Assembly: GCA_036172245.1 (NCBI GenBank)
Contig: JAYWIR010000008.1
Span: 4,712,001 to 4,776,000 of the forward strand
Source: Raillietiella orientalis
Taxonomy: Eukaryota
Length of the DNA: 64,000 bases
Direction of reading: 5' to 3'
Shown here: positions 15,666 to 28,700 of the stretch, piece by piece
Layout of the letters: the number at the start of each line of letters is the position of its first letter
How positions within the stretch are numbered: the first letter of the stretch is position 1
Position numbers and translations under genes: made by a program
Notes under the pieces: model-generated
What the model saw: only the letters and a program-made list of their open reading frames with translations
The model's database searches: none
What the model was told of the DNA's origin: nothing

Positions 15666-18600
15666 TAGCACCGTCAGTTTCAAAAATCAACTCAACACTT
15701 ACAGAGTGAAAACAACAAAATCAATTGGACACACATAATTCAGCTTACAAGAATCGATCCTTGCAAGCCGCTGCCAGTGGGGGAACTGCCGCTGCACGGA
15801 AGCGTGGAACCTGGGGATCGCAGTACACTTCTTGCAAGCGGATGCAGCAGCAGCGTACCAACACGTGAAACGTGTACAGGCTCGGGAAAAATACCCTCGT
15901 GTGGTGGTGGTGGTACTGGTGGCGGCGGTGGTGGTGGTGGTGTCGCGGCGTACGCTCGGGCGAGAGGGACCCCCTCCACCCCACCCCCCTCGTTCCCCCT
16001 CCCCCTCCCCTCCCCCTCTCGTAGCACGGAAGAAGAGAACGTAGAAAGAGCGGAACCAAAGGCTGCTGGCGTCGGGCGAAATAAATATTTGCTGTCTTTA
16101 GGCTGCGGCCCGAGCATCAAGACGAGAGAGAGTCCTGTACGAATTGATTGCGGATCCACGCGGTGAAGCTGCAATTTCCATCTTGGATCCATTCGATCTC
16201 CGTGTCGCGATAGCGATGCAGATTTCGTTACGACATGCGTTCGAAGATCATTTTAACATGCACCTCTTGACTTTTCCAATGAATGAAATGACATCAATTA
16301 ACAGGCGATGCTTACCGATCAATAGATCATCACAATGATTCCCTGCCGCAAGGAAAACAAAACGATGGTCCGTATGTAATGTGAATGATGTGCACTTGGG
16401 ATCATCCCGTAAGTTGAATGCATGTACGAGGGGGGGAGGGGGGGGGGGGAAAAAAAAAAAAAGGTGAATCCACGTTTCAAGCAGACACTTTCTATAGATG
16501 CTCCAGACTGTAGGCGTCTCGTGAAGACCTGAGATTCGAACCCTTGGCCGGAAACAGGCAGCAGGATTTCCACGGGCTATGTACCCGGATCGAAGCAGTT
16601 CTGCCCTGTTAAATAACAGGTGACGAGCGAAGAGCCAACAAAAATGAAAACACGCTTATTCTCTACCTCGACTGTACTTTCGAGCATCTCTTAAATTGCT
16701 GCAGGTGAAGCAGCCCATTTCGCCAGCGTTATTTTTAGCCCTGCACAGCAGAACGATAAGAAAACGGTCCTCCTCTTAAGAGAAGCCTCATTTCAGCCTC
16801 ATTTGCGTAAGCAGAGGAAGCTTAAGCAAGGTCCAGGGTGAAACTTCTGGAAGGCGACTTCATTGCGGTCGTTAAGCAATGCGGCAGCGTGTCCAGTCAA
16901 CGGGGCAAGACGACGCAGCTTCCTGAAGGTCTGTGGACCCCAGGACGGAGCCACAGTTCTTCCGCGTACTGCCGTGCCGAGTTTGCATGCCTTACCCTTC
17001 TGGGAGAAAGTTGTCAGTGACCGTGGTGGGCAGAATCAGCCGCGTTGCCACGGAAAACCATGCCGCCACTGGTCATCCCGAGGGAACAGGCAAGAAAACA
17101 CACGCTCAAAGAGGGAAAAAAAAAAAAAAAAAAAATTCCAGTTTGACCACTGCACCCGACGGGACCAAAGAGCACCTTTGGAAATGATCACGCATTTTGC
17201 AGCAAACCTCTTCCTCAGAAGATTCAAGGAAGACATTTAAATTACGTGAGTCCCCAGGGAAGCCGAAACGGCACACATGTCGTTAGGCTCGTGAGCTGGT
17301 GCTGCTAATCTTGTACTCGAGGTTTGGTATTGATTCCACTTCAAAGACCGTGATGGACAGCAATTTGCTAACTGCCTTATCAATATGTATAGTCGCAGAT
17401 GGGTTCCCATTCCAGTTTCGGAAAAGCGCAGTAACACAACAACCTGGGGCCGAGAATCGAGTCGGATTTTTTTTTCTTTCTTTCTTCTTTTTTTTTTTTC
17501 ACGGAAAAAATGGCCTTCGCTTATATCAAGACGGGGGGGGGGGGAGGGGAAAGAAGTTCTGAGCGAGATTGACATCTAGGAAGAATCATCAGCATTCTCT
17601 GGGGAGGGGGGGGGGGGGGAGGGAAAGAAGAACCACTGTGAGGTGAAATTTAAACATGAGGCTGCAACTGGAAGAAGAAGGGTGAAAAAGCGGAATTGCC
17701 ACGGATGGCTTTTCCCCCCAGCATGCTCGATGGAATCGACCGATGCTGATCGTGCGATTCGACGTACGAGGCTGAGGAAGCTGGAGGGACGGACCGGACC
17801 GTAGAAGACGATCCGGGAAGCAAAACGTTTGGCTCGCGTTCAGCATTGGGCGCCCGGACGGTGTTATCAATTTAGGAAAACCCAAGCTGGAAGCTGATCC
17901 GGAAGGAGAGGCGGCACATCTCGCAGACGTGATGGTCAAGCGGTTGAACGGACGCCTCTTTCCGAACTGCGTCCGCCCGCCAGCAACGTGTTCGGGAGCA
18001 CAGGAATTCGAAACGCATGCCCACGGTGGTTTTTCCTCGATCGGTGGGTCCACAGCTGACAGAAAGCTGATGAAATTTCAGCGGATACGTGATTGAACTT
18101 CCCGATCGCCTCGGAAATATGAAACAACCAAAACTCTGGCAGTGGAAAGTCGAAATCAAGATAAGCAAGGAAGAATATCAGAGACGAGGAAATGGAGGCA
18201 GGAATCTCCTCCATCGGGGGTGGACGGTCATCACCCGAGGCTGGTTGCGAAAGTGCAGCAAACCCATGCGACACCACGGTGAATCTGAAAACGACGGTGT
18301 CGGTCACAGTGAAACGTTCAGGCCGAAGGGAGGACGGTGCCGCAGACGGGATGCCTTCTCACGCTGCTGTTGCAATCATCCAGAAGGCTGAATTTTGAAA
18401 AGCAGCTCATGAAATGATTTAGAAGGAATCCATCCGAGGTCGCAGCGTGGATGGCAAACACGAAATAAAAAAAAAAAAAGTACCGCAAGGGGGGGGGGGG
18501 TGGAGGGGAGGGGAGCGGTTTTACAGGTGAAAGAGGAAAAGCGAAAGATGTGGATGTTCAAAAACAAAAAAGCAAAAGAGAGGATCGGCAGGAGGAAGTT

Positions 18601-21600
18601 CCGGGAATCGGGATTCTGGCAAAACGGATTCTCCAGCGGCCAAGGGAAAAGCGACTGAGTGTGGCGGCACTCAAAACCGAAAAAGTCGCTCCAAACGCGC
18701 GCTTGGTTGATAGAATGTGGTTAGAAACCGGATTCTTCGGGTGGATGCTTCGAGATGGATTTGTTATCGTAGAGATCATGGCAGATGCGAGGCAGAATCC
18801 TCACCGCTCGTTGCGTGGGGCTTCGGATTGCCCGTGCTGTTTCCCTTCTCGATCAAGGCGTGTTTTGGCAGCTCCCCGACATCGAAGCAGCGGTCTCCAT
18901 TTCGCTTCCCTTCTGATTGCTCTGGGCATCGATCAAGAGCTTATGATGCTCGGGAGAAAAATCAAAGGTGTGCTGCTCGCGATTCGGACGATGCAGGTAC
19001 TTTCGTCCTTATCGGGGTGCAACATGAGCAATCCACAACTAAGAGGGTCGGCAGAAACGCAAACTCACCTTTGCTTTTGCAAACCAAAACATGAAGGCGT
19101 CTCCATTCCGTCTCCCGTATCTACGGGATCGCCGAGGAAGCAGGGTGATTCTCTCGAAAAATGAAGAAGAAAAAACACGTATGCGTCTTACGATGCCCGG
19201 CTTCGAGCATCATCCTTCCGTTGACCGTAGGTATTTCCATGTTTAGGAGGGGACTTCCGCTTCTGGAGACTTCTGTGCTGCGATGGATTCGCGTTCCGCA
19301 CGTTTCGCAGGGTCGGTCCGATCGCGATCCTCCTCCTCTCTGTGCTGCTGGTCCCTGCATTGATGCTCCACGAAGCGCGGATGTTAGCTAATGACTCGCG
19401 CAAACCGACTGAAAACAAAACTGAAGGGCAGAGAGACCGAATTTCGAACTGAGACCACAGGAAAGGCTCTTTCTGGAGATGCGATGCGAATCGGACGAGG
19501 GATCAGATGCGATTTTTCATCTTGCTGATCGCGTAAAACAAATGTGAGGTGCAAAATCAGAAGGCGTGCGTTTGCGAAACGCAAGAAATGGATTGCGGTT
19601 TCAAAGATTCCAGCATTCAACCGGGATAGGAGCACATTCTGTAGAGTAGTCTGAAGGACCTTTTTTTTTTTTTTTTTTTGTCCAAGAACAACGACATAAG
19701 ATTGGTTTCCATTGAAATGGAAAGGAACCAAGGAAACGGAGGTCCGGAACGTCGCGACCTCTTGCGCACCGCGCAGCCCGCTGCAAGAAGCCGAGCGGCA
19801 ATGGGTGGTTGGTTGAGGAGGTCCTTCCCTTCGCATCCCTCAGCCTTCAAGTGCGCGGGAACCGATCGCTTGGCAACGAGTAAAGGGTTCGTCTTGAGAT
19901 GGAGTTTCCGGATTGAACTACTCTGCTAAAGATTTCGATTTGCCACATCAGCTGTGCTGACGTGGTTTACAGAAAGCAAGCCGTGGGCTTCACATGAAGA
20001 TGCTTTCGATGCAACTGAAGATTGGATGTCATTCCGATCAGACCCCAGACAGGCAGGCAGCACCCTGCATTGAAATCATAGCGTTTGTTATTAACCCACG
20101 AAGATTTTCTTGTTCGCCTGCCGAGGAAAATCCGAAGCCTCTGCTTCCGCTCGAAGAGCTCAAAGAGGTGCAACTTTCAAGTAAGCATAGGATGAGCTGT
20201 TTCAAGACACGATCCCATGGTACTTTGAAGGCTGCGTACACAAAGCTGCTCGGGTGCAACGAGACAAAGTGGTTATGAATCGCACGTAAGTTGAGGACTC
20301 CTACCACTCGGAAGACGCATTAGTTCAACGGAAGCTTTGTACTGGGTGTGCGGGCGTCTGACGATGTTTGCTCTGCTCTGCGGTGAAGAATATCTCAGCC
20401 ACGGATTTGGACCATCTTCGGGTTTTGGGGTGGGCGATCGCCATTGAGGCTGGAAGCTGGCGGTTCGAAACAGATTGTGTCCTCAACGCCACAGCTGTTT
20501 CGCGGCAGACGAATTGCTGGGCATAAGTGGGTTCTGTGCTAATTTGAGAGTCTCTTCTGAGACCGTCGCGGCGCTTCCACTCTGAGAAATGCGAGGAAGT
20601 TTCTCAGTGTTTCGAAGATGCTCCGAAAGAAGATGCAAGGCGCGGCGAAGTTGTTTCATTGTGTGTGCGTTTCTTCGGCGTTCGGTATTTAGCGATTGCC
20701 ATTCTCAGCAGATTGGTTCCCCGGTTCACTTTCAGTGAAAGCAGTTGAGCGCTGCTAAAACACGGGTGGATTCCTGCATCCTTGATTTCCTCGTGGTTCT
20801 TCATCACCAGCAGCAGGCGCTTACTTCGGGAAAATTAGTTTTTTTTTTTTTCTTTCGAGATACACAAACGTCTTTTGGTCTCATTCGAATACTGATACGC
20901 GGTCGGTCGCGAATAATCTCTCGAAGACGCGGCTGAAAGCCCAAAAGCTTCTTCGTTTTAAAGATGCGAAAAATTTGGATCTCTCCGAGCATTAATTAAG
21001 GGCATATCTCCTTTCCATCGATCAACGAGCGAGGCCCCCTACCGAGACCGAATCATTGACGAACTCCTTCTTAGGTTTAGAAGTTCCCGAGGAAATCATA
21101 AAGCCCTTGTCGGAATTTGAGATTTTTCCATATGGGTAAGAATTAACCATTTGTTTTGTGGTAAGAAAATCTGCTGGGTGCTCCTCGCGCTTCTGCTGTG
21201 GTGAACGGTAGGCGCCTAGTTTTTGCTCGAGGCACATTGGACGCATTTCCGAGCACGGAACATTCTGGATGCCGGGAAAGGGGAGATGTACATGTAAATA
21301 CATCATTCGTTGTTACAAACACGCATCGTATCACTTGAACCTGTAAGGCAACTGGAACCGCTAACGAAAGCAAAAAAGGGAAAGAAAGAAAAGAACGAAA
21401 GACAGAAAAGCAAGTGATCAATACGTCGGCTGGTGCAGCTGGTCGCTGGGACTAATGTTTTCTATTTATCCGGTCGTCTGCGAGCACTCAAAACAGTCCA
21501 TTACATTTTTCTGTGCACGTGAATCCGATTTGGAGTCACAAAACCGCAAGCTGTATTTCGTGCTTCACGCTAATCTAGTTAGGCATGCCGCCTTCATGCT

Positions 21601-22737
21601 AGAGGATCAGGATGGTTTATTTTTTCTGCAGAAACGAATCACTTAATTAAATACAGGAAAGGCTGCTGTCCAGAGCCCATTTTTTAATCAAGTTCTTTCC
21701 CATCGACGGATCACTGATGCCCCTGATTTATTCCGCTGAATCTCGTGAGCGCGTCTCCTTCGAGAGATGCCCGAATATGATTCTGCTCTCCCGGCAACCT
21801 CTTTTTTTCGATTCACTCATCCTACTTTTCTCTTCCTCCTCGCCTTTTTTTGGTCATGGTTCTGAAACCCAGCAGGGGAAACAATCCTCCTAATCTGTCC
21901 GGAAAGGTCTTGGTCTTCCGTGAGCCCTCTTGCTGCTTGCAAAGCAGAGTTTTGGAATCCGTCATCTGTTGCGTCAAGTGTTGATCCCCCCCCCCCTTAC
22001 GGTGGTTTCGCTCGCTCCCACTTCCGAAGCGATTCGAAGGTTCATTTATCGTTTCAGTGGACTGATTCGCCACCCAGATTTACCACATGTGCCCAGGGCT
22101 TCTCGGCGATGGCAAGTCTGAGCTGAATGGAGCGAAAAGCTGCGCATCTTTTGGCTGGAAGCTTCACAAAACGCCACCAGCCCGACTTGGAGATCCCGCG
22201 TTCTCCAGATTTTCTCGCTTCGATCCTCACCGCCCCCGCACGGAGCTCGAAGTCCCCCTTGCGATTTTCCAATCAATTATTTACTGCTGTCCTAGTTCCG
22301 TCTCCCTGCTTCGAAAAGCCAGGTTCACCATTCTGGAGCGAGTCTGCCCGATTTCCCGCTCTTCTCCGAGGACCCGGGATTCCTTCCTGACGTTTCGGTT
22401 CTGCTTGCTAGCTGGAATCCCGAAGAAAAGCTGCTCCCTTGCTGTTAATTTTTCCTTCCCCATGCCTTGGTGCTCTCAAAGAGGACGTGGGTTTCGAGCT
22501 AGCAAGGTAGAGAAATGTCCTGGGGAAGGAATGAACTTACGGAAGGCATCATGCAAGAAACAAAGATCATCGGGTTCGAAGCAACAAAACACTAAGGAGG
22601 TAATTTACTTTACCGCTAAGGAGAGGAGGATGCACAGATGTACACTCGACATATGGGTGAGAAAAGCTGTTACGATGTGTTTTCAAACAAATCATATTGC
22701 GGGTGAGTTTACCACAATTCCCAGAGAGCTTTGATCC

Positions 22738-22763
22738 AAGCTGGAGGAGCGTGCCTCCAGCTT
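22738..22763. repeat. Perfect inverted repeat, 10-bp stem and 6-nt loop
   Basis: AAGCTGGAGG-AGCGTG-CCTCCAGCTT. Confidence 0.8.
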
Positions 22764-25700
22764 TACGAATTCCGATTCCGTCGCCGTTCGCGGGATTGTC
22801 GGTACTGTGATGAGTGATGTTGGTGACCTACTCCTCGGAGGATCCTGCTGCCTCCCGACTTGAAAGTCTGATCGTGACTTCGGCGTTCGTACTGCTGCGA
22901 ACAACTCTTCGCTTTCCAGGCTCCTGCAGCGATTCACAGCTCGAGCAAGTGACCAGGAGGTCGTGCCTTCGGACCGAACGGGGCACCTGCGAGTGACCAG
23001 CGGGTCTTCGGTCTACTTGACTCCGCTCGATATTCTTCGACCAAAGAGAATGTGTAGCTGCCACCCTAGCCGGTGTCGAATTCAACTGCAAAAGAAGATG
23101 ACTGACGGGGAAATTTCAAGACTTGAGAACCATCCGTTTTAAGAACTTCAACCATGAATCGCATTGACAGCTGGACCTCTGTACCAAACGGCTCCATGCA
23201 ATTTTCGCTTTATTGTTTTTCTCATTGATAAAATCGCTGAAGAAATGGGGGTTACCTTATCTACCGAAATGGTCACCCAACAGTTTCGATAGTGTTCCAA
23301 GTTCGCACGGTTTTATGACACCAGGATAATAACTACTATTCTAATGTTTTTACAGAGCTCTTTATTATTCTTCAGTGACAGTTAATCCAGGAATGATTGG
23401 CGAATACTCACGGGCTTTGGTCTCTGGAAATCTCTCTGTACATTTTATGAATCATCAGGATCTTTCCCATTGCATGTGAATCCTGCATCTCCTTAGTCAG
23501 TTGCATCGAACACTCAGGTTTTCGAATACTCGAAACATGTGCAGGCATGCAAGGTGCCAGACATTAGGAGCCACGTCGAGAACGGTGATGATTAACATGA
23601 CCAACATGGATGCGAAAGAGAAGTGAGGAATCAAGTACACATTAATACGTTCCTGCTTGTTTTTTTTCTAACCCTCGACCTTCCGACTTGCCTAGTGCGT
23701 CAGAAGATGGGAAGTTGCTGGCGCCTTCGAAGGAGTTGAGCGTCAGATTTACACGAGCAGACGCACACTTTGCCCGACTCCAGGATCCCCTCCCTTCCCT
23801 TCTTTCGCGCCTTCACCTAGAATATCATCCCAAGAGGAAATTTCCCACGTCTTTCTTCCTCCTTTCCACCTCTCAAGAGTCGAAGATTTCTCGCAGTTTG
23901 AGATGCCGTCCTGCCATTTTTCAGGGTCGCACCCCTGTTGGAGATTTTGAGGAAGACACGTGATAACGGAATCTGCGGAGTTTCAGGGCTTTCAACATGC
24001 ATTCCCGCCTTGGCTATTCTGCTCGGTCTTCCTCAACTCCAGCAGGAAGTCTGACGGCACCACCGCACTCGTGCTTTTTTTTTTTTCCTCTCTTTCGGGA
24101 ATTTCATTTCCAAAATGATTTCAGCCGTCGTGTCGATCGCCTCGCATGTCTTTAATCGCCTTCCTGTTCTTCTGTGCGTAGCAGTGTCAAACAAGAAACT
24201 GCACATGCATGAGTATGTATGTGCATTTTCTTTTCTTGCGATCCGTCAGCTCTCACCATGCGGCACTCTTCTACCTTCTCCATCCCATTCCAGACTTGAC
24301 TCACGAGACCGTTGAAGAAGGGACCTCAGAGATTCCAGCATCATGGAAAACGAGCACTTGCTATCGCCTTAAATTCTTCTTCGATGGACGAAATCCTCGC
24401 TCTACAATTTGGTTCGTTTCTACTCACGGCTACTACACTTTGGTGTAACCGCGGTGTTGGTTATGAACATTTCTGTGTCGTTTCCACGCCTGATTCGACA
24501 GGAGGCCTCTTCGGATCTACAATGTCATGCTTGCATCCAGCAATCCTTCGGTTCTGATTTCCTTCAAGGCGCTTTATATGTTCCGTTCTTCGCTTTGCTA
24601 TCTGCTGCGTCAAAAATTCCCAGGCACTCTGCGAGTTACATCCTTCCACAGCCGGACGCGAAGAGCACGGCAACGCTTTCGACACCCACCAATTGGGCGT
24701 GCCTTTCCTTTTGGATTTCGGGTGGTGCTCCCACAGCACGGTGAAACGAACGCAAAAGCGAAAGAAACCGACCCGAGGAAGTCCATCAAGCATTCGTCTG
24801 TACGTTCGTCCCGTGAGCCAGCTTCCTCTCTGTACGTAAGAGCACGAATGCTTTCAGTAAATGGAATAGAAAATAATTAGGAAACACACGCTGTAAATAA
24901 ACGAGGAGCTTTGAAAGAAAGGCGGCACTGCCAAAAAGTACAGAAACAGCACGCGTTTACATGAGACGTACGAAAGGATATTATCCTTACTTTTTTTTAT
25001 GAGTGCATCTACTAACGTGTCGCTCATTTGGCAGTCGGGTGGTGTCGTGCCTTTCTCCCGAATATGGACAAACCGTGTTATGCACAATGCAAAGAAAAAA
25101 AAAAAAAAATGAGTGGCTGATACCTCACGCCTCTGCACCTTGAAATGCACTCGAAATCGGTTCATCATCAGTTCGGTGTTTGCATCAAGCAAACACTAGC
25201 GTCCCGTTTCATATGTCCGTCATCGCATCATACTGCTGCAACCGTGAATGACCACTGCCGTTCATTCTCGAAAGGGCTCGTTCGGACTTTCTGGAGAAGG
25301 TTTCCATACTCCCTGGGTCCAGAGAGTATGGAAACCCTACGGCGCAACCTTACCTGCAGTTTGGAAAAAGAAGTTCGTATACAGTCGTTTTGGAACAGCT
25401 CGAACTCCACACTTTTCCTTCGCAAGCTGCGATCCAGCATCTTCGAGTGGAAAATGAAAATCCGGAAGTGGATACGGAACGATAACAAGATTCAGCAGCT
25501 GGTTCCGTGCAATGGTGTTGTTTCTGGAGGCAGCAAAAGCTGAGACCTCGTCCCATTCCTCAGCCGCCGTGCAAAATCCTCGGAAGGATGGTCAGGTGAC
25601 GTTCTTAGCGAAGGAAATACATACGTGTTTTTAAAACTGGGATCACTTGTGGCTACATGGGATACTGAAGTTAGAAACTATAACCTCTTCATCGACAAAT

Positions 25701-28700
25701 GTCCCCTGTGTACAATCAAACTACTAATTCGGTTCAGAACTCAAGCAAATAAAATGTTGACATGCATACAGTACCTACATACACCTGATTATTGCGTAAT
25801 ATACATCTATTAGTGTTTCATTAGTCTCACCTGATTCATCTAGTGTCGGTATTTATCAAAATCGCTTTTTCGTGCTGAGTACTGTGGCCAATTTTTTTTT
25901 TTTGCCGCTCAGACATGCAGCAAAACCAAGAACGTCATATTCAAAAATCCCACATGGAAAAGCTATCCTCTCTATCCGGAACTGGATGAGCCAAAATGAA
26001 ATCCTCAAGTGCTGAAGCAGAGGCTGTAGTGTTTTCGACAGCAGCTGCAAGGTTGCATACTTCATCCAAAACAAAAACAAAAAATTATGCAAATGTTTAC
26101 TACTGCAGTGTTTCCTAAAAAATATTGCAGACGTTTCCGTAGCTTCTGATCGAATATGGGAGAATGGGGATGCTCTCACGGGGAATTCGCCACACGGACT
26201 GTTGAGGGTTCTTGAAGGAAGCAGAGCACATCACCCTGACCCCAGCATCCTAAAAGGTAATGCACACGGCTCAGACGTCAATACACGTGAAATACTTCCG
26301 GCATATACGTTGCACTTCCGGTAACCCGAGAAGTGCAGTGTAAGTGATGGAACAGATCGAGGTATTGAGAAAAATGCTTCGCACGAAGTTCCCCTGTGGT
26401 CGGTACCCTCTAGCAATCTGGTTTCAGCGTTCCTCAGGCAACACGGACAGCAGAAACAGGTAAAAACTTAAAAAAAGAAAAAGGAAAATGCTCACGATGG
26501 TCACGTATTTTATTCTTGAAGCTATCCTTCAACCATTTCTTCCTAAAGGTCATTTCATTTCCAACTCTTCCTTAAGTTCATTGCATCGTGATAATTCGAC
26601 CGTTTTTTTTTTTTTTTATTATCCTTCCGGATTCAGTTTGGTCGCTGTAATCTTTCAACCCACATGGCTGCCTGCTTGCCGGCAAGTTCCATGCCAAAAA
26701 AAAAAAAATAAAAATTGAAAATTGGCTATTGAAAAACGAAATGTCTTTAGCTTTCGGGTCTTTGAAAACTTTTCTCGGGTGTTTCAACATTTGGAAGTTC
26801 TCGAAGTGTTGGAAAAGCTCTGCAAGAAGACCTCGTTCGTGCAGAAGGAAGGCCTCTTCGAGAACGTGGAACGCAAAAAGCACCGACCTCAGTTGTCGTA
26901 ACATCAGAAACCTATTCAGCCGAACATGCGAAGCGGTGCACATGGCAACGTGGAATGGACCCTTTTACGTGCATGCTCGACTGTTTTGGTGTACACCTTC
27001 AATGGGCAAAATGTAGCTCCGAAAGCGGCATGCTGATAAGGAAAAGCGCAGAGGGAAAGTCTTTCTGTGGTGAACTTCCTTTCATGGCAAGCCAAAGATT
27101 GCAAATGAATCCCTGCTGAGTATTTGAAAAATTACATCAAAAATACGTTGGTCCCTATCGGAGAGCAATTGGTATGGGGAAAATGGGAGGGAAAATCGGA
27201 ATGTGGGGAAAAGGAAGCATCGATTTTTTTATGGTTCGGAAGAATAAAATTCCAAATAAAGAATTGCCAGTGGTGAAACATGGACAGGAATCCTCTCACG
27301 AGCGAAAGATCTCTCCATCCTCCTCGAAAGTGAATTCTTCATCCATAAGTTTAGGAATTTTTTTTTTTTTACTATCCGTTAAGCAGAAGCCACACGAAAA
27401 CAAAGCCGAAAGAATGTACCAACAAATCCAGAGGGCAAAATCGTGGAATAGAGCTGCACATCTGCACAGGTGCTAATCAGCTTTTGGAGGAATCAGGGAA
27501 ACTGCCGAACGGAACCGCCTGGATGGAATGCTAAAAGAACTGGAGGGAAACTTTTCTCTTCCAAGAATCATCTGAGTTTCTAGACTTTACCAATAGTTTA
27601 GACTTACCAATAGGATCGGGTGGGATTAAGTTTTTGCAGAAGTCGTTTCTTTTCTATTGGATTCTCATAAATGGAAAGGCGGCTTCCGGATTCTCACCGC
27701 TTCCCCAATACCGAAGCGAATTTATAAAGGCGAATCCTGAAGAATTAACTCTCGAGGTTCCGATAATTCAACCCATCCGAACTGATTCCAGCTTGATGCG
27801 AAAATGGTCAGGTTGGCACGAAGATCTCTCCTCTGGAATCACGAGGAATTTTAGAAATGTCGGGCTAATTAAAAATGCTTTAGAAAAACTAGCATGGAGA
27901 GGAGAGACGAAGTGAACAGGGAAGGCGGGATGTTTCTCGCTGCTGAGCGCATCTCCGGGTTCCGATCTCCCTGCAGCCGAAGGAATCCACAAGAGCCGGA
28001 CCATGAAGTTGAAGCCAATCCTCCATGCCTCTCCGTTCACATCTCCGTGCTGTTTCACCTTTTTCGAAATTCTGAAGGCTACCAGACCCGCCGACCTGCT
28101 TCTTTTTTTCCCCTTCTAGGATCATCAGCACTTTTCAAACCACCGATTGCCCACTGTTACGCTCGGTGCATATGCTACGTGTGGTTAAAATATCCTGAGG
28201 GCAACGGCGGACTCATCAATGGAAAAATGCAAGATGAAGAACGCGGCAACGAAAGTGAAACCACGCGGTTCTGCCGAAGATTTCGTTTTTCGATGGCAGC
28301 TCAACTGAACCCCAAGTTGCCAGGTAAACTTGCTGTACTGTGGATCAGGGTGGCTCAAATGCTTGCTTGGATAACTTATCATAAAGAATTCTTGATGATT
28401 AATCGATTCTAATTTATTTTTGTGATCTTGAGCAGGAAACGGGAAGGAAAGTTGGCACGCAGATGACGTTCCTGAAAAAATAAGGTGCGTAGAATCCATA
28501 ACTGTTTTTTTCTATATCTATTACTTGAATCGATTCGGTTGTCTGAATTATTTGATTACTGATACTTTACCTACATTTAATTTAATTCATTATTTGAAGT
28601 ATCTTTCTTACATGTTGGAACAAGGATTCTTTTTTTTTTAATATGTATATATATATTCATTTCAGCGTTAAAAAGAAAGCATTCTGGTAAAAAGAGCTGA

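Noticed and set aside
16525..16590. Pol III B-box GGTTCGAATC with a weak A-box on the minus strand (tRNA/SINE-like)
   Set aside because: No cloverleaf can be formed; T-stem and acceptor stem do not pair.
27581..27613. Short direct duplication TAGACTT(T)ACCAATAG
   Set aside because: Two copies only; an ordinary slippage duplication.
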